64,000 nt of DNA, from positions 6,174 through 70,173 of the forward strand of contig JBKPDP010000052.1 in NCBI GenBank assembly GCA_046727935.1. Reading direction: 5' to 3'. The number at the start of each line of letters is the position of its first letter. The first letter of the stretch is position 1. The DNA comes from Verrucomicrobiota bacterium (GTDB lineage Bacteria > Verrucomicrobiota > Verrucomicrobiia > Chthoniobacterales > UBA10450). Positions 8,701 through 17,308 of this stretch are shown here, in pieces. The notes below the pieces were generated by a model that had not been told where the DNA came from, searched no databases, and worked only from the letters and a program-made list of their open reading frames with translations. A program made the position numbers and the translations under genes.

Positions 8701-11035
8701 AGATCGCAGTGTGCCCGGCCCGCCTCCGGTCGCCGCGAGCGGTCGCACTCTACCGCTCGATCTGTCTGGGTTTCTGACGCGCGAGCAGCACCGAATTCAT
8801 CTTGTTGGCGTCGCGGGAAGTGGGATGAGCGGTATCGCCGCGCTTTTGATCGAACTTGGGCACACCGTCAGCGGCTCGGACAAAGTTAGTACGATGGAAA
8901 CGAATCGATTGCGGCGACTCGGTTTGCGTTTTCGTGGGCAACATCGCTCGGAGGACGCCGGGATCGCTGATCTCGTTGTCTTTTCTTCTGCAATCAGGAA
9001 CGACAACCCAATTCTTGTTAAGGCGCGCGATTGCGGAAAACCGATCGTTCGCCGCGCCGAAGCGTTGGCCGCAATCATGCGCGGCAAGCGCGGCATTATC
9101 ATCGCTGGAATGCACGGCAAAACGACGACCTCTGCCATGACAGCCCACGTTTTGCGCGAAGGCGGGCTGCATCCGTCACATTACGTCGGCGCCGAGATTC
9201 CAATTCTCGGAATGAACGCGCACTGGGACTCGCGCGGCGAATATTTCGTCGCCGAAGGAGATGAGAGCGACGGCACCATCGCGCTATTTCAGCCCGAGCA
9301 CACGCTGATTCTGAATATCGAGGAGGAGCACCTCGATTTTTATGCTGATCTTGCCGCTATCGAAAAGGTTTTCGCTCAACTGATCACGCAAACCACTGGC
9401 AAAGTCCTTCATAATATCGACGACAAACATGCCGCCCGCTTGTGTCGATCTTTCAAGAATGGAATTTGCTACGGTTTCGCCGATGAAGCCGATTATCGCG
9501 CCGTCAATATTCGGCTGAAGGATTTTGGTTCGACGTTCCTGGTCAATCATCGGGGGCAAGAATTCGGCGAAGCGATTTTGAACGTGCCCGGTGAACATAA
9601 CGTCCACAACGCGCTGGGAGTGATCGCACTCGCGTCAGAGCTCGGCGTTGCGTTTGAGAAAATAGCTAAATCGCTGGCGAAGTTCGAGCACGCGCGGCGC
9701 CGGTTCGAAATCAAATACGACAGCCCACGGTTTCTTCTGGTGGACGATTATGGGCATCATCCGACGGAAATCCGCGCCACGCTCAAGACGGCGAAATCGA
9801 TCGGGCGCAAACGCGTGCTGGCCATGTTTCAGCCGCACCGTTATTCGCGCACGAAAGCGTTGCGGAAGGAATTTGGTCGCGCGTTTGACGATGCGGACTG
9901 CGTGGTAGTGACGGATGTTTATGGATCGAACGAAGCGTCGATCCCTGGAGTGACCGGACAAATGATCGCAGATGAAATCGTGGCCCATGGACATCGCGGC
10001 GTCAGTTACGAGCCCCGTTTGGAACAGGTGCATCGGGCTGTAGGAAACGTGCTCGAGTCGGGCGATCTCGTTTTGAGTCTCGGTGCCGGAAACATTCACG
10101 AGCAATTATCTGTTCTCGCTGCCGACCTGGTGATTGCGGAAAAATTGAAAGCAATCGTGGGCGAAGACGGCGAGGTGCGTCTCTACGAGCCGCTCTCGAA
10201 GCACACTACCCTGCGCGTAGGCGGCCCGGCGCAATTTTGGGTCGAGCCGGGGGATGAGAAAGCGTTCGCCGAATTAATTCGGTTTTGCCGGGACGAAAAC
10301 CTACCGCTCTTCGTGATGGGTCGCGGATCGAATCTTCTTGTTCGCGATGGCGGTATTCGCGGCGTGGTCGTTCATCCGTGCGGTGGCGAATTCGACAAGA
10401 TCGAGATCAACGGCGCCGAGATCGCCGCAGGTGTTGGGGCGAAATTAAAAGAAGTGGCTTACGCGGGCAAAGCGGCCGGCATCGGCGGGTTGGAGTGGAT
10501 GGAAGGAATTCCAGGCGCGGTTGGTGGTGGCTTGCGCATGAACGCGGGCGCGATGGGCGCGCAAACTTTCGAGAACGTCGTGCGCGTTCGCTATCTCGAT
10601 GCTAATGGCGAGGCGCACACAAAGACACGGGATGAGCTGGAAGTGTATTACCGCAATTTCCCGTTGCTAGAGAAAAATTTTGCAGTGTCCGCCGTTTTTC
10701 GGGGCGAGCCTGCGCCGCTCGAAGAAATCGTGCGCAAACTGCAAGCGTCGCAGGAGAAACGGCGCACATCGCAACCGGCAGCGAAAAGCGCGGGCTGCAT
10801 TTTCAAAAATCCTGATTCATGTCCTGCGGGGAAATTGGTTGACGAGTTGGGATTGAAAAATTCGCGTGTCGGAAAAGCGCGGGTATCGGACGTGCACGGC
10901 AATTTTATTGTCAATGACGGCGGCGCGACGGCGGCAGAAATGCTGGAGTTAATCGAAAAAATCAAGGCGACTGCGCGGGCCAAGCGCGGAATCGAGCTGG
11001 AGACCGAAGTGCAAATCGTGGGAGAGCCGGGGTGA
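8684..11035 (+). CDS. murC/murB: Fused UDP-N-acetylmuramate--L-alanine ligase (N-terminal, about 470 aa) and UDP-N-acetylenolpyruvoylglucosamine reductase (C-terminal, about 300 aa)
   Basis: A single 783-aa ORF. The MurC part carries GVAGSGMSGIAALL and GMHGKTTTSAM. The junction is near nt 10120. The MurB part starts YEPLSKHTTLRVGGPAQFWVEP and ends with a MurB-like C-terminus. There is no stop codon between the two parts. Confidence 0.9.
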   Translation: MKPVSEDRSVPGPPPVAASGRTLPLDLSGFLTREQHRIHLVGVAGSGMSGIAALLIELGHTVSGSDKVSTMETNRLRRLGLRFRGQHRSEDAGIADLVVFSSAIRNDNPILVKARDCGKPIVRRAEALAAIMRGKRGIIIAGMHGKTTTSAMTAHVLREGGLHPSHYVGAEIPILGMNAHWDSRGEYFVAEGDESDGTIALFQPEHTLILNIEEEHLDFYADLAAIEKVFAQLITQTTGKVLHNIDDKHAARLCRSFKNGICYGFADEADYRAVNIRLKDFGSTFLVNHRGQEFGEAILNVPGEHNVHNALGVIALASELGVAFEKIAKSLAKFEHARRRFEIKYDSPRFLLVDDYGHHPTEIRATLKTAKSIGRKRVLAMFQPHRYSRTKALRKEFGRAFDDADCVVVTDVYGSNEASIPGVTGQMIADEIVAHGHRGVSYEPRLEQVHRAVGNVLESGDLVLSLGAGNIHEQLSVLAADLVIAEKLKAIVGEDGEVRLYEPLSKHTTLRVGGPAQFWVEPGDEKAFAELIRFCRDENLPLFVMGRGSNLLVRDGGIRGVVVHPCGGEFDKIEINGAEIAAGVGAKLKEVAYAGKAAGIGGLEWMEGIPGAVGGGLRMNAGAMGAQTFENVVRVRYLDANGEAHTKTRDELEVYYRNFPLLEKNFAVSAVFRGEPAPLEEIVRKLQASQEKRRTSQPAAKSAGCIFKNPDSCPAGKLVDELGLKNSRVGKARVSDVHGNFIVNDGGATAAEMLELIEKIKATARAKRGIELETEVQIVGEPG

Positions 11036-11976
11036 CGATGGCGACAGATCAAAGTTTACCGAAAAAAATTGCAGTGTTAATGGGCGGGCCGGGGTCTGAG
11101 CGCGAGGTATCGCTGGCGACCGCGCGCGGCGTGTCGAAGGCGTTGCGGTCGTTAGGCTGCGAAGTCGTCGACGTCGATGTTCGTGATGAGCATCTCGATT
11201 TACCTGACGACGTCGATTTTGCCTTCATCACAATCCACGGAACGTTTGGCGAGGACGGCCAGATCCAGCGCATTCTCGAGTTGCGCGGCGTTCCCTACAC
11301 TGGCGACGGCGTCGAAGAAAGCGCGCTTGCTTTCGATAAAATTCGGTCAAAAAGAAAATTCCGTGAACTGGGAGTGACGACGCCGGAGTGGGAAGTGATT
11401 CAAGCGGGCCAACGCCCGACACTTTCGCTGCCGCTCGTCATCAAACCGCCGCGCCAAGGTTCTACGGTCGGCGTTGTCATTGTCAAAACTGAGCGCGAAT
11501 TGGAATCGGCTCAGTCGGAAGCGGCCAAGTACGATCGTGAGTTGCTGGTCGAAAAATATATTCCGGGGCGCGAACTAACGATCGGCGTCCTCGGCGAACA
11601 AGTCCTACCCGTTCTGGAGATCATCCCGAAGGGAGGCTTTTACGATTTCAATACCAAGTATCCGTTTCTGAATCCGCAAGCTGGCGCCAGCGCGGAACAC
11701 GTTTGCCCGGCGAAAATTGACCATGAGAAGACGCGCGAGATCCAGGAAATGGCTATGCGCGGTTTTCGTTCGTTAGGCCTGCAGGTATACGGGCGCGTGG
11801 ATGTTGTTTTCGCCGAGAGGGGCGAGCCGTTCGTACTCGAGGTCAATACTATTCCCGGAATGACGGAGGCGAGCTTGTTGCCCGAAGCCGCTGCGGCTGC
11901 CGGTATCAATTATCTCGATCTTTGCGCGCGCATCATCGCGCTTTCTCGCGCCAGAACAGAAAGGAGCCGGAGATGA
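11032..11976 (+). CDS. ddl: D-alanine--D-alanine ligase
   Basis: 314 aa with ATP-grasp Ddl-like sequence (IAVLMGGPGSEREVSL, EVNTIPGMT). A 4-nt overlap links it to the murC-murB stop. Confidence 0.93.
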   Translation: MTMATDQSLPKKIAVLMGGPGSEREVSLATARGVSKALRSLGCEVVDVDVRDEHLDLPDDVDFAFITIHGTFGEDGQIQRILELRGVPYTGDGVEESALAFDKIRSKRKFRELGVTTPEWEVIQAGQRPTLSLPLVIKPPRQGSTVGVVIVKTERELESAQSEAAKYDRELLVEKYIPGRELTIGVLGEQVLPVLEIIPKGGFYDFNTKYPFLNPQAGASAEHVCPAKIDHEKTREIQEMAMRGFRSLGLQVYGRVDVVFAERGEPFVLEVNTIPGMTEASLLPEAAAAAGINYLDLCARIIALSRARTERSRR

Positions 11977-13070
11977 GACCCGTGCAGAGACGCTCCCAAT
12001 CGCGCAATCGGCGAGTCTCCAATGTGCGCCAGCGCCGCCAGCAGCACTTGCTTGATGTGAAAGTTCGCTCCCGCAGAGTGGCACAGCACCGCGCGCGAAG
12101 GGCACTGGCGGTTTTCTCCCGAGTGATATTGCTCGCCGCGCTATGCGCCGCGCTTTATGCGGGTACACGTGAAGCCGCGAGGCGTCTGTTTTTCGAAAAC
12201 CCGGATTATCAGCTGAAGACAATTGAATTGCAGACGGACGGGACGCTGCAGCGCGAGCAGATTTTGAAAGCCGCCGATCTGCGTGAAGGCGAAAACATTC
12301 TCCGCGTAAATCTGGGTCGGGTCCACGATCTCATACAGCAGCTGCCTCAGGCCGATGAGGTGCAGGTCGTGCGAAAATTACCTTCGGAGATTGATATTCG
12401 TGTGGTGGAACGAAAGCCAGTCGCGTGGATTACGAGCGAAAAGGAAATTTCCGATCCATTTGCATCAGACTCTGCTTTTCTAGTGGACGCGCGCGGAGTT
12501 TTGATGAAAGAAAAGAAGTTGTTGCCCGAATATCTCGGATTACCAGTCATTCTGGGATGCTCGAGCGAATCGCTCGAGGTAGGCAAAGTCGTCGAATCGT
12601 CCGAAGCAAAGACGGCGCTGGAGCTGCTGCGTTTAAGCGCGCGAAGTTTCTTGCAGATGCGTTTTCAGATCCGGGAGATCGATGTTTCCGAAGGTTATCG
12701 TCTGCTGGTGACGGACAAGAACCGTACCCGCGTGACGTTTGGTTATAACGATCTCGAAACGCAATTACGCCGGCTCGAACAATTTCTTGTTTACTGTGAC
12801 GATTCAAAACAAGAACTGGCGACGTTAAACCTGCTTGTACAACGAAACATCCCGGTGACTTTCGCGCCGCGGCCGGTCGCAGTCATTAACGATACCATCG
12901 AGCCTCCTGCAGAACCGCGGATTATGAAGGCGATCCCGGTACATCCTCCTGAAACCCGCCTTCGCCAAGGTTCCGGCAGGCAAGAGACTGCGTCACCAGC
13001 GTCCAAGCCGCGCACCAGTTCAACACCGCTCCCCCGAGCAATTCCCACTCAGCGACAGAAAACGGATTAA
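11973..13070 (+). CDS. ftsQ: Cell-division protein FtsQ (POTRA domain)
   Basis: Basic N-terminus, one TM helix, then a POTRA-like segment (IELQTDGTLQREQILKAADLREGENIL). The start was moved to the ATG at 11973, which has a GGAG 7 nt upstream and an ATGA overlap with the ddl stop. The ORF track starts at 11922. Confidence 0.8.
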   Translation: MRPVQRRSQSRNRRVSNVRQRRQQHLLDVKVRSRRVAQHRARRALAVFSRVILLAALCAALYAGTREAARRLFFENPDYQLKTIELQTDGTLQREQILKAADLREGENILRVNLGRVHDLIQQLPQADEVQVVRKLPSEIDIRVVERKPVAWITSEKEISDPFASDSAFLVDARGVLMKEKKLLPEYLGLPVILGCSSESLEVGKVVESSEAKTALELLRLSARSFLQMRFQIREIDVSEGYRLLVTDKNRTRVTFGYNDLETQLRRLEQFLVYCDDSKQELATLNLLVQRNIPVTFAPRPVAVINDTIEPPAEPRIMKAIPVHPPETRLRQGSGRQETASPASKPRTSSTPLPRAIPTQRQKTD

Positions 13071-13075
13071 CAACA

Positions 13076-14284
13076 ATGGCGAGCAATAATTTGATGGTTG
13101 GTCTTGAGATTGGAACTTATAAAATTTGCGTTGTTGTCGGAGAGAGCCGGCCCGACGGCACCGTCAAAATTCTGGGCGTCGGTCAGACACCATCTCGCGG
13201 CGTACGCAAGGGCGAGATCGTCGATTTTGAAACGGCAATGAAATGCGTGCACGAAGCGGTGGTCGATGCCGAACAGAAAAGCGACGTGATGATCCGGAGC
13301 GTTTATGTCGCTGTTGCCGGATCGCACCTTCAAAGCTTCAACAATCGCGGAAGCGTCATGCTGCCCGACGATCGCGATGAAATTGACGAACAGGACATCG
13401 AGGACGTGAAAATTAGTGCGCGCGAGGTAAGCATTCCTGCGCAAAACGCGTTCCTTCATTCCATCATTCAACATTATCATGTCGATGGACAAAACGGCGT
13501 GTTGAACCCGCTCGGGATGCTCGGGCAAAGATTGGAGGCAGACTTTCATATTATTCACGGTGTGCGGACGCGCATCCAGAACACGATCCGCTGTGTGAAA
13601 GAATTACCGCTCGACGTCGAGGATGTCGTTTTTGGCGGGCTTGCTTCTGCCCAGGTGGTCCTTAACCAACATCAAAAAGACCTTGGGGCGCTGGTCATCG
13701 ATATCGGCGGCGGGACGACGGACTACGTTTTGTATGCGGACGGTGCAGCGAAGCAGAGCGGATGCCTTGCAATCGGCGGTGACCATATCACCAACGACAT
13801 CTCCATGGGGTTGCGCATTCCAATGGCGCGCGCAGAGAAACTCAAGATCGAGGAAGGCAGTTGTATCCTCGGCAATTGTTTCCCAGGCGAAATGATTTTG
13901 CTGAAGGACGATTCCGGTTTTGCGGGGAAAGAGATCGAGCGCGAGACGTTGAACACGATTATTCACTTGCGTCTGCGCGAAAGTCTTGAGTTGCTCAAAC
14001 GCAGACTCGATGAAGAGCCATTCATCAATTACCTCGGCGGCGGTATTTTTATCACGGGCGGATGCAGCCTGCTCAATGGCATCGATAATCTGGCGGAAGA
14101 GATTTTCGAAATGCCCGCGCACGTCGCGCATGCTCAAACAACATCAGGTGTCACGTCTGCGGTAGAGAACCCGCAATTTTCGACTGCAATCGGGTTAATC
14201 AAGTACGCGCAAGCCGTGCAGACAGATCGCCCGCCACGTGGGATCGGACGAATCCTGGGAAGAATTTTTAGCGGAAGACGATGA
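13076..14284 (+). CDS. ftsA: Cell-division protein FtsA
   Basis: 402 aa actin-like ATPase (GLEIGTYKICVVVGE, IDIGGGTTD). It lies between ftsQ and ftsZ. Confidence 0.93.
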   Translation: MASNNLMVGLEIGTYKICVVVGESRPDGTVKILGVGQTPSRGVRKGEIVDFETAMKCVHEAVVDAEQKSDVMIRSVYVAVAGSHLQSFNNRGSVMLPDDRDEIDEQDIEDVKISAREVSIPAQNAFLHSIIQHYHVDGQNGVLNPLGMLGQRLEADFHIIHGVRTRIQNTIRCVKELPLDVEDVVFGGLASAQVVLNQHQKDLGALVIDIGGGTTDYVLYADGAAKQSGCLAIGGDHITNDISMGLRIPMARAEKLKIEEGSCILGNCFPGEMILLKDDSGFAGKEIERETLNTIIHLRLRESLELLKRRLDEEPFINYLGGGIFITGGCSLLNGIDNLAEEIFEMPAHVAHAQTTSGVTSAVENPQFSTAIGLIKYAQAVQTDRPPRGIGRILGRIFSGRR

Positions 14285-14372
14285 AGATGATTCAAATTTT
14301 TGGTAGGGCGCGACCGCCGGGCGCGCTGCAGATGCTTAATGTCCGACGGCACCGGCAGTCCGTCTTTTCAAT

Positions 14373-15794
14373 ATGATTCAACTTAGCAAAAATTATAGTC
14401 TTCCTGACCGCGCGGAGGAATTTATTCCAATTAAAATTGTCAGTGTGGGTGGCGCCGGTCTAAATGCGCTCGACCGGATCGTGCTCGACGGGTTGGAGGG
14501 GGCAGAGGTCCTGGCGATCAACACCGACGTGCAGTCTCTGGCGAGCTCCGTTGCTGCGCACAAAGTGCAGCTCGGCCGCACAGTTACCCGTGGCTTGGGT
14601 GCAGGTGGCGACCCCGAGCTTGGCTATCAGGCCGCTTTCGAATCGACAGAGGAGGTTCGCGAGGCATTGACCGGCGCAAGAATGATCTTCATATGCGCAG
14701 GGCTAGGCGGCGGCACGGGATCGGGCGCTGCGCCGTATGTGGCTCATCTCGCCCGCGAGGCTGGCGCGCTGGTGCTTGCGTTCGCAACGCTGCCATTCGC
14801 GTTCGAAGGCAGACGCCGCAACGCGCAAGCGCGCGAAGCTCTGGCCCGGCTCAACGAGATTGCCAACGCAGTAGTCTGCTTTGAGAACGATCAGATGGGC
14901 GACATGGTCGCGCCGCATGCCGGTATTCACCAGGCATTTTCCAAAGCCGACACAACAATCAGTCAAAGCGTTCGTTCGATTGTGAATCTGATTCAGCGAC
15001 CAGGACTCATTCGCATTGGCTTCGACGATTTGCTTTCTGCATTGCGCAGCCGGAATGGCCGATGTCTGTTCGGCTTTGGCGAATCCGATTCGGACAATCG
15101 CGCGCATGATGCGCTCGCTCAGGCGCTCAAGAGTCCGTTGATGGATCGTGGTCGCACACTGGCGGATTCCGCGCGGGTGCTCGTCCAGGTGGCAGGCGGG
15201 CCGGGTATGACCTTGTCCGAAGTCGAAATTGTCATGAAGGAGCTTGGCCGGCACGTAAACGAGGAAACGCAGATTCTTTTCGGCACTGCTGTGGACGGAC
15301 GGTTGGGAGATCGTTTAAGCGTTACGATCATCAGCTCGTTTACGGCGGACGAGGATTTGTCGCAGACTCAGCCTCCGCTGAGTAGCGCGCCGCCAATGCC
15401 GCCAGTGTGGGAACAGCCTCGGGAAACCCCACCGAAAATTGAGGTCGAGCCCGAACCGCCGCCGATCGAAGATTTTCAGTCGGTGGAGACGACTCCTATT
15501 GAGGAGCCGAATCTCGCCGAGGTCGAAAGCGCGCCGGCGCCTTCCGTGGAACCGGCCCCGAACGCGTTTGAGGTCCTCGACACGTCTGAACCGCCTGTGA
15601 CCACACCGCGGAGAAAGCCGGCGCCCGCAAGGGAGGAAAAAGTGTCCACTGAAAGATCCATGCAGGCTAAACAGGAAGTCTTGCAGTTCGAGCCGGTCAA
15701 CCGCGGTCGCTTTGAAAAAAGCGAGCCAACAATGGTCGAAGGCGAAGACCTCGACGTGCCGACCTATCTGCGAAAAAAAATCAAGGTGAAGTGA
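14373..15794 (+). CDS. ftsZ: Cell-division GTPase FtsZ
   Basis: 473 aa with the tubulin signature GGGTGSGAAP. It has a Pro/Glu-rich linker and a conserved C-terminal peptide (DLDVPTYLRKK). Confidence 0.95.
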   Translation: MIQLSKNYSLPDRAEEFIPIKIVSVGGAGLNALDRIVLDGLEGAEVLAINTDVQSLASSVAAHKVQLGRTVTRGLGAGGDPELGYQAAFESTEEVREALTGARMIFICAGLGGGTGSGAAPYVAHLAREAGALVLAFATLPFAFEGRRRNAQAREALARLNEIANAVVCFENDQMGDMVAPHAGIHQAFSKADTTISQSVRSIVNLIQRPGLIRIGFDDLLSALRSRNGRCLFGFGESDSDNRAHDALAQALKSPLMDRGRTLADSARVLVQVAGGPGMTLSEVEIVMKELGRHVNEETQILFGTAVDGRLGDRLSVTIISSFTADEDLSQTQPPLSSAPPMPPVWEQPRETPPKIEVEPEPPPIEDFQSVETTPIEEPNLAEVESAPAPSVEPAPNAFEVLDTSEPPVTTPRRKPAPAREEKVSTERSMQAKQEVLQFEPVNRGRFEKSEPTMVEGEDLDVPTYLRKKIKVK

Positions 15795-15800
15795 TTTGGC

Positions 15801-15860
15801 TGTAGAGGCAGCCGTGTCGGCTGCAAATCTTTCTCTGCCGGCGACACGCTGGCCACTACA
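15801..15860. repeat. Imperfect inverted repeat (TGTAG...CTACA type) between the convergent ftsZ and M20 gene ends
   Basis: TGTAGAGGCAGCCGTGTCGGC and GCCGGCGACACGCTGGCCACTACA are approximate reverse complements. It could act as a bidirectional terminator or a REP-like hairpin. Confidence 0.4.
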
Positions 15861-15862
15861 GT

Positions 15863-17206
15863 TTACCGCTTCATCAATTCAAGCACAGCGCTGGTCATTC
15901 CGATGACCCCAACACGGATCGTTGGTTCGGGAACGGGCGCGAATTTGCTCGAATGCAGGCTTGGCAGTTCTTTTCCCGCCTGTTTGTACTCCGCGACCTT
16001 CGCCGGATCGACTGCGCCGATGTGAAAATCAACCGCCGGAATGGAGTGGTCCGGCAAGCTGTATTCCGAGAAGTCTTCGCCACCCATTGTCGGATCGACA
16101 ATTTCCACGTTCTCGTTGCCTAACGAGTTCTTCCAAACGGCGACTAGATGCTTGGTCAACTCGGGGTTGTTGTAGGTCGCTGGGCAAAATTCATCTTTGC
16201 GCAACGTCACGATCGGAGCGCGCTCTGGCGGGACTCCGGCTGCTGCCGCGATTCCTTTGGCGACCCTCTCAATCGCAGCCAACACATGCTCGCGTGTCTC
16301 AGGTTTGTAGGTGCGCACGGTCACCTGCATTTTCACTTCGTCTGGAATGATGTTGTGCTTTGTCCCGCCGTGGATCGAACCGACCGTGATGACAATTGGA
16401 TCGAGCGGATTATTTTCGCGGCTTGCGATGGTTTGCCAGGCATTGATGATTTCCGCCGCGAGCACGATCGGGTCCTTCGTCTTGTATGGATACGCGCCGT
16501 GTCCGCCCACGCCCCGAACGGTGACATCAACCGAATCAACATTCGCGTAGGTGTAACCTTCAGTTACGCCAATGTGACCGGTTTCCAAATCGGCCTTGTC
16601 ATGAAAACCGAGCGCGAAATTCGGTTTGCCGAATTTTTCGTAAAGCCGGTCTCTGAGCAACGCGCGCGCGCCATTGCCGGTCTCCTCCGCCGGTTGCGCC
16701 ACGAACAAGATCGTGCCGTGCCATTGATCTTTTAGTTTCGCGAGAGCGCGCGCCGTTCCAATGAACGCGGCAATGTGTGCATCATGCCCGCAGGCATGCA
16801 TCACATGGACTTCTTTGCCTTCATCATTGTTCGCCACCACGTTGCTTGCATAAGGCAGGCCTGTTTGTTCTTCGACTGGCAACGCATCCATATCGGTGCG
16901 TACAAGCACGGTGGGCCCGTTGCTATTCTTCATTACGCCGACCACTCCGTAGCCTTTGAGTTTCGGGTTTTCATATTTACCAAGGTGGTCGGCGACCTGG
17001 TAGCCTGCCGCGCGTAGTTCCTTTGCGATGAACGCTGCGGTGCGCTCCTCATGCCCGGATAATTCCGGGTGGCTATGGATGTCTTTATAAATCCCGAGCA
17101 ACGAAGGCAGCTCCGCATCAGCGAGCGATTGTGAGGTTTGTTGCGCGACCGCGAGCGCAGGAAGAAGGATCGAAAGTAATAAGATCGATGAGGAAGGGGT
17201 TTTCAT
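15863..17206 (-). CDS. Secreted peptidase M20D-family amidohydrolase (aminoacylase / hippurate hydrolase-like)
   Basis: 447 aa with an N-terminal signal peptide (ILLLSILLPALAVAQQ). It has M20 metal-ligand regions (MHACGHDAH, FVAQPAEE) and a GGEDF motif. Confidence 0.85.
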   Translation of the reverse strand: MKTPSSSILLLSILLPALAVAQQTSQSLADAELPSLLGIYKDIHSHPELSGHEERTAAFIAKELRAAGYQVADHLGKYENPKLKGYGVVGVMKNSNGPTVLVRTDMDALPVEEQTGLPYASNVVANNDEGKEVHVMHACGHDAHIAAFIGTARALAKLKDQWHGTILFVAQPAEETGNGARALLRDRLYEKFGKPNFALGFHDKADLETGHIGVTEGYTYANVDSVDVTVRGVGGHGAYPYKTKDPIVLAAEIINAWQTIASRENNPLDPIVITVGSIHGGTKHNIIPDEVKMQVTVRTYKPETREHVLAAIERVAKGIAAAAGVPPERAPIVTLRKDEFCPATYNNPELTKHLVAVWKNSLGNENVEIVDPTMGGEDFSEYSLPDHSIPAVDFHIGAVDPAKVAEYKQAGKELPSLHSSKFAPVPEPTIRVGVIGMTSAVLELMKR

Positions 17207-17209
17207 TGT

Positions 17210-17294
17210 GTCATGCTAAGCGAAGCCGAAGCATCTCTTAATTCTGATTTCGTGCAATCGCAGTCAGAGATTTCTCGACTTCGCTCGAAATGAC
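17210..17294. repeat. Palindromic intergenic element, family A (GTCATYCTGAGCGAAGCGAAGRATCTC ... GAGATYYCTCGCTYCGCTCGRRATGAC)
   Basis: Left arm GTCATGCTAAGCGAAGCCGAAGCATCTC and right arm GAGATTTCTCGACTTCGCTCGAAATGAC. Related copies lie at 23447, 24687 and 28260. Confidence 0.6.
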
Positions 17295-17308
17295 AGAAAG
17301 TTGGATGA

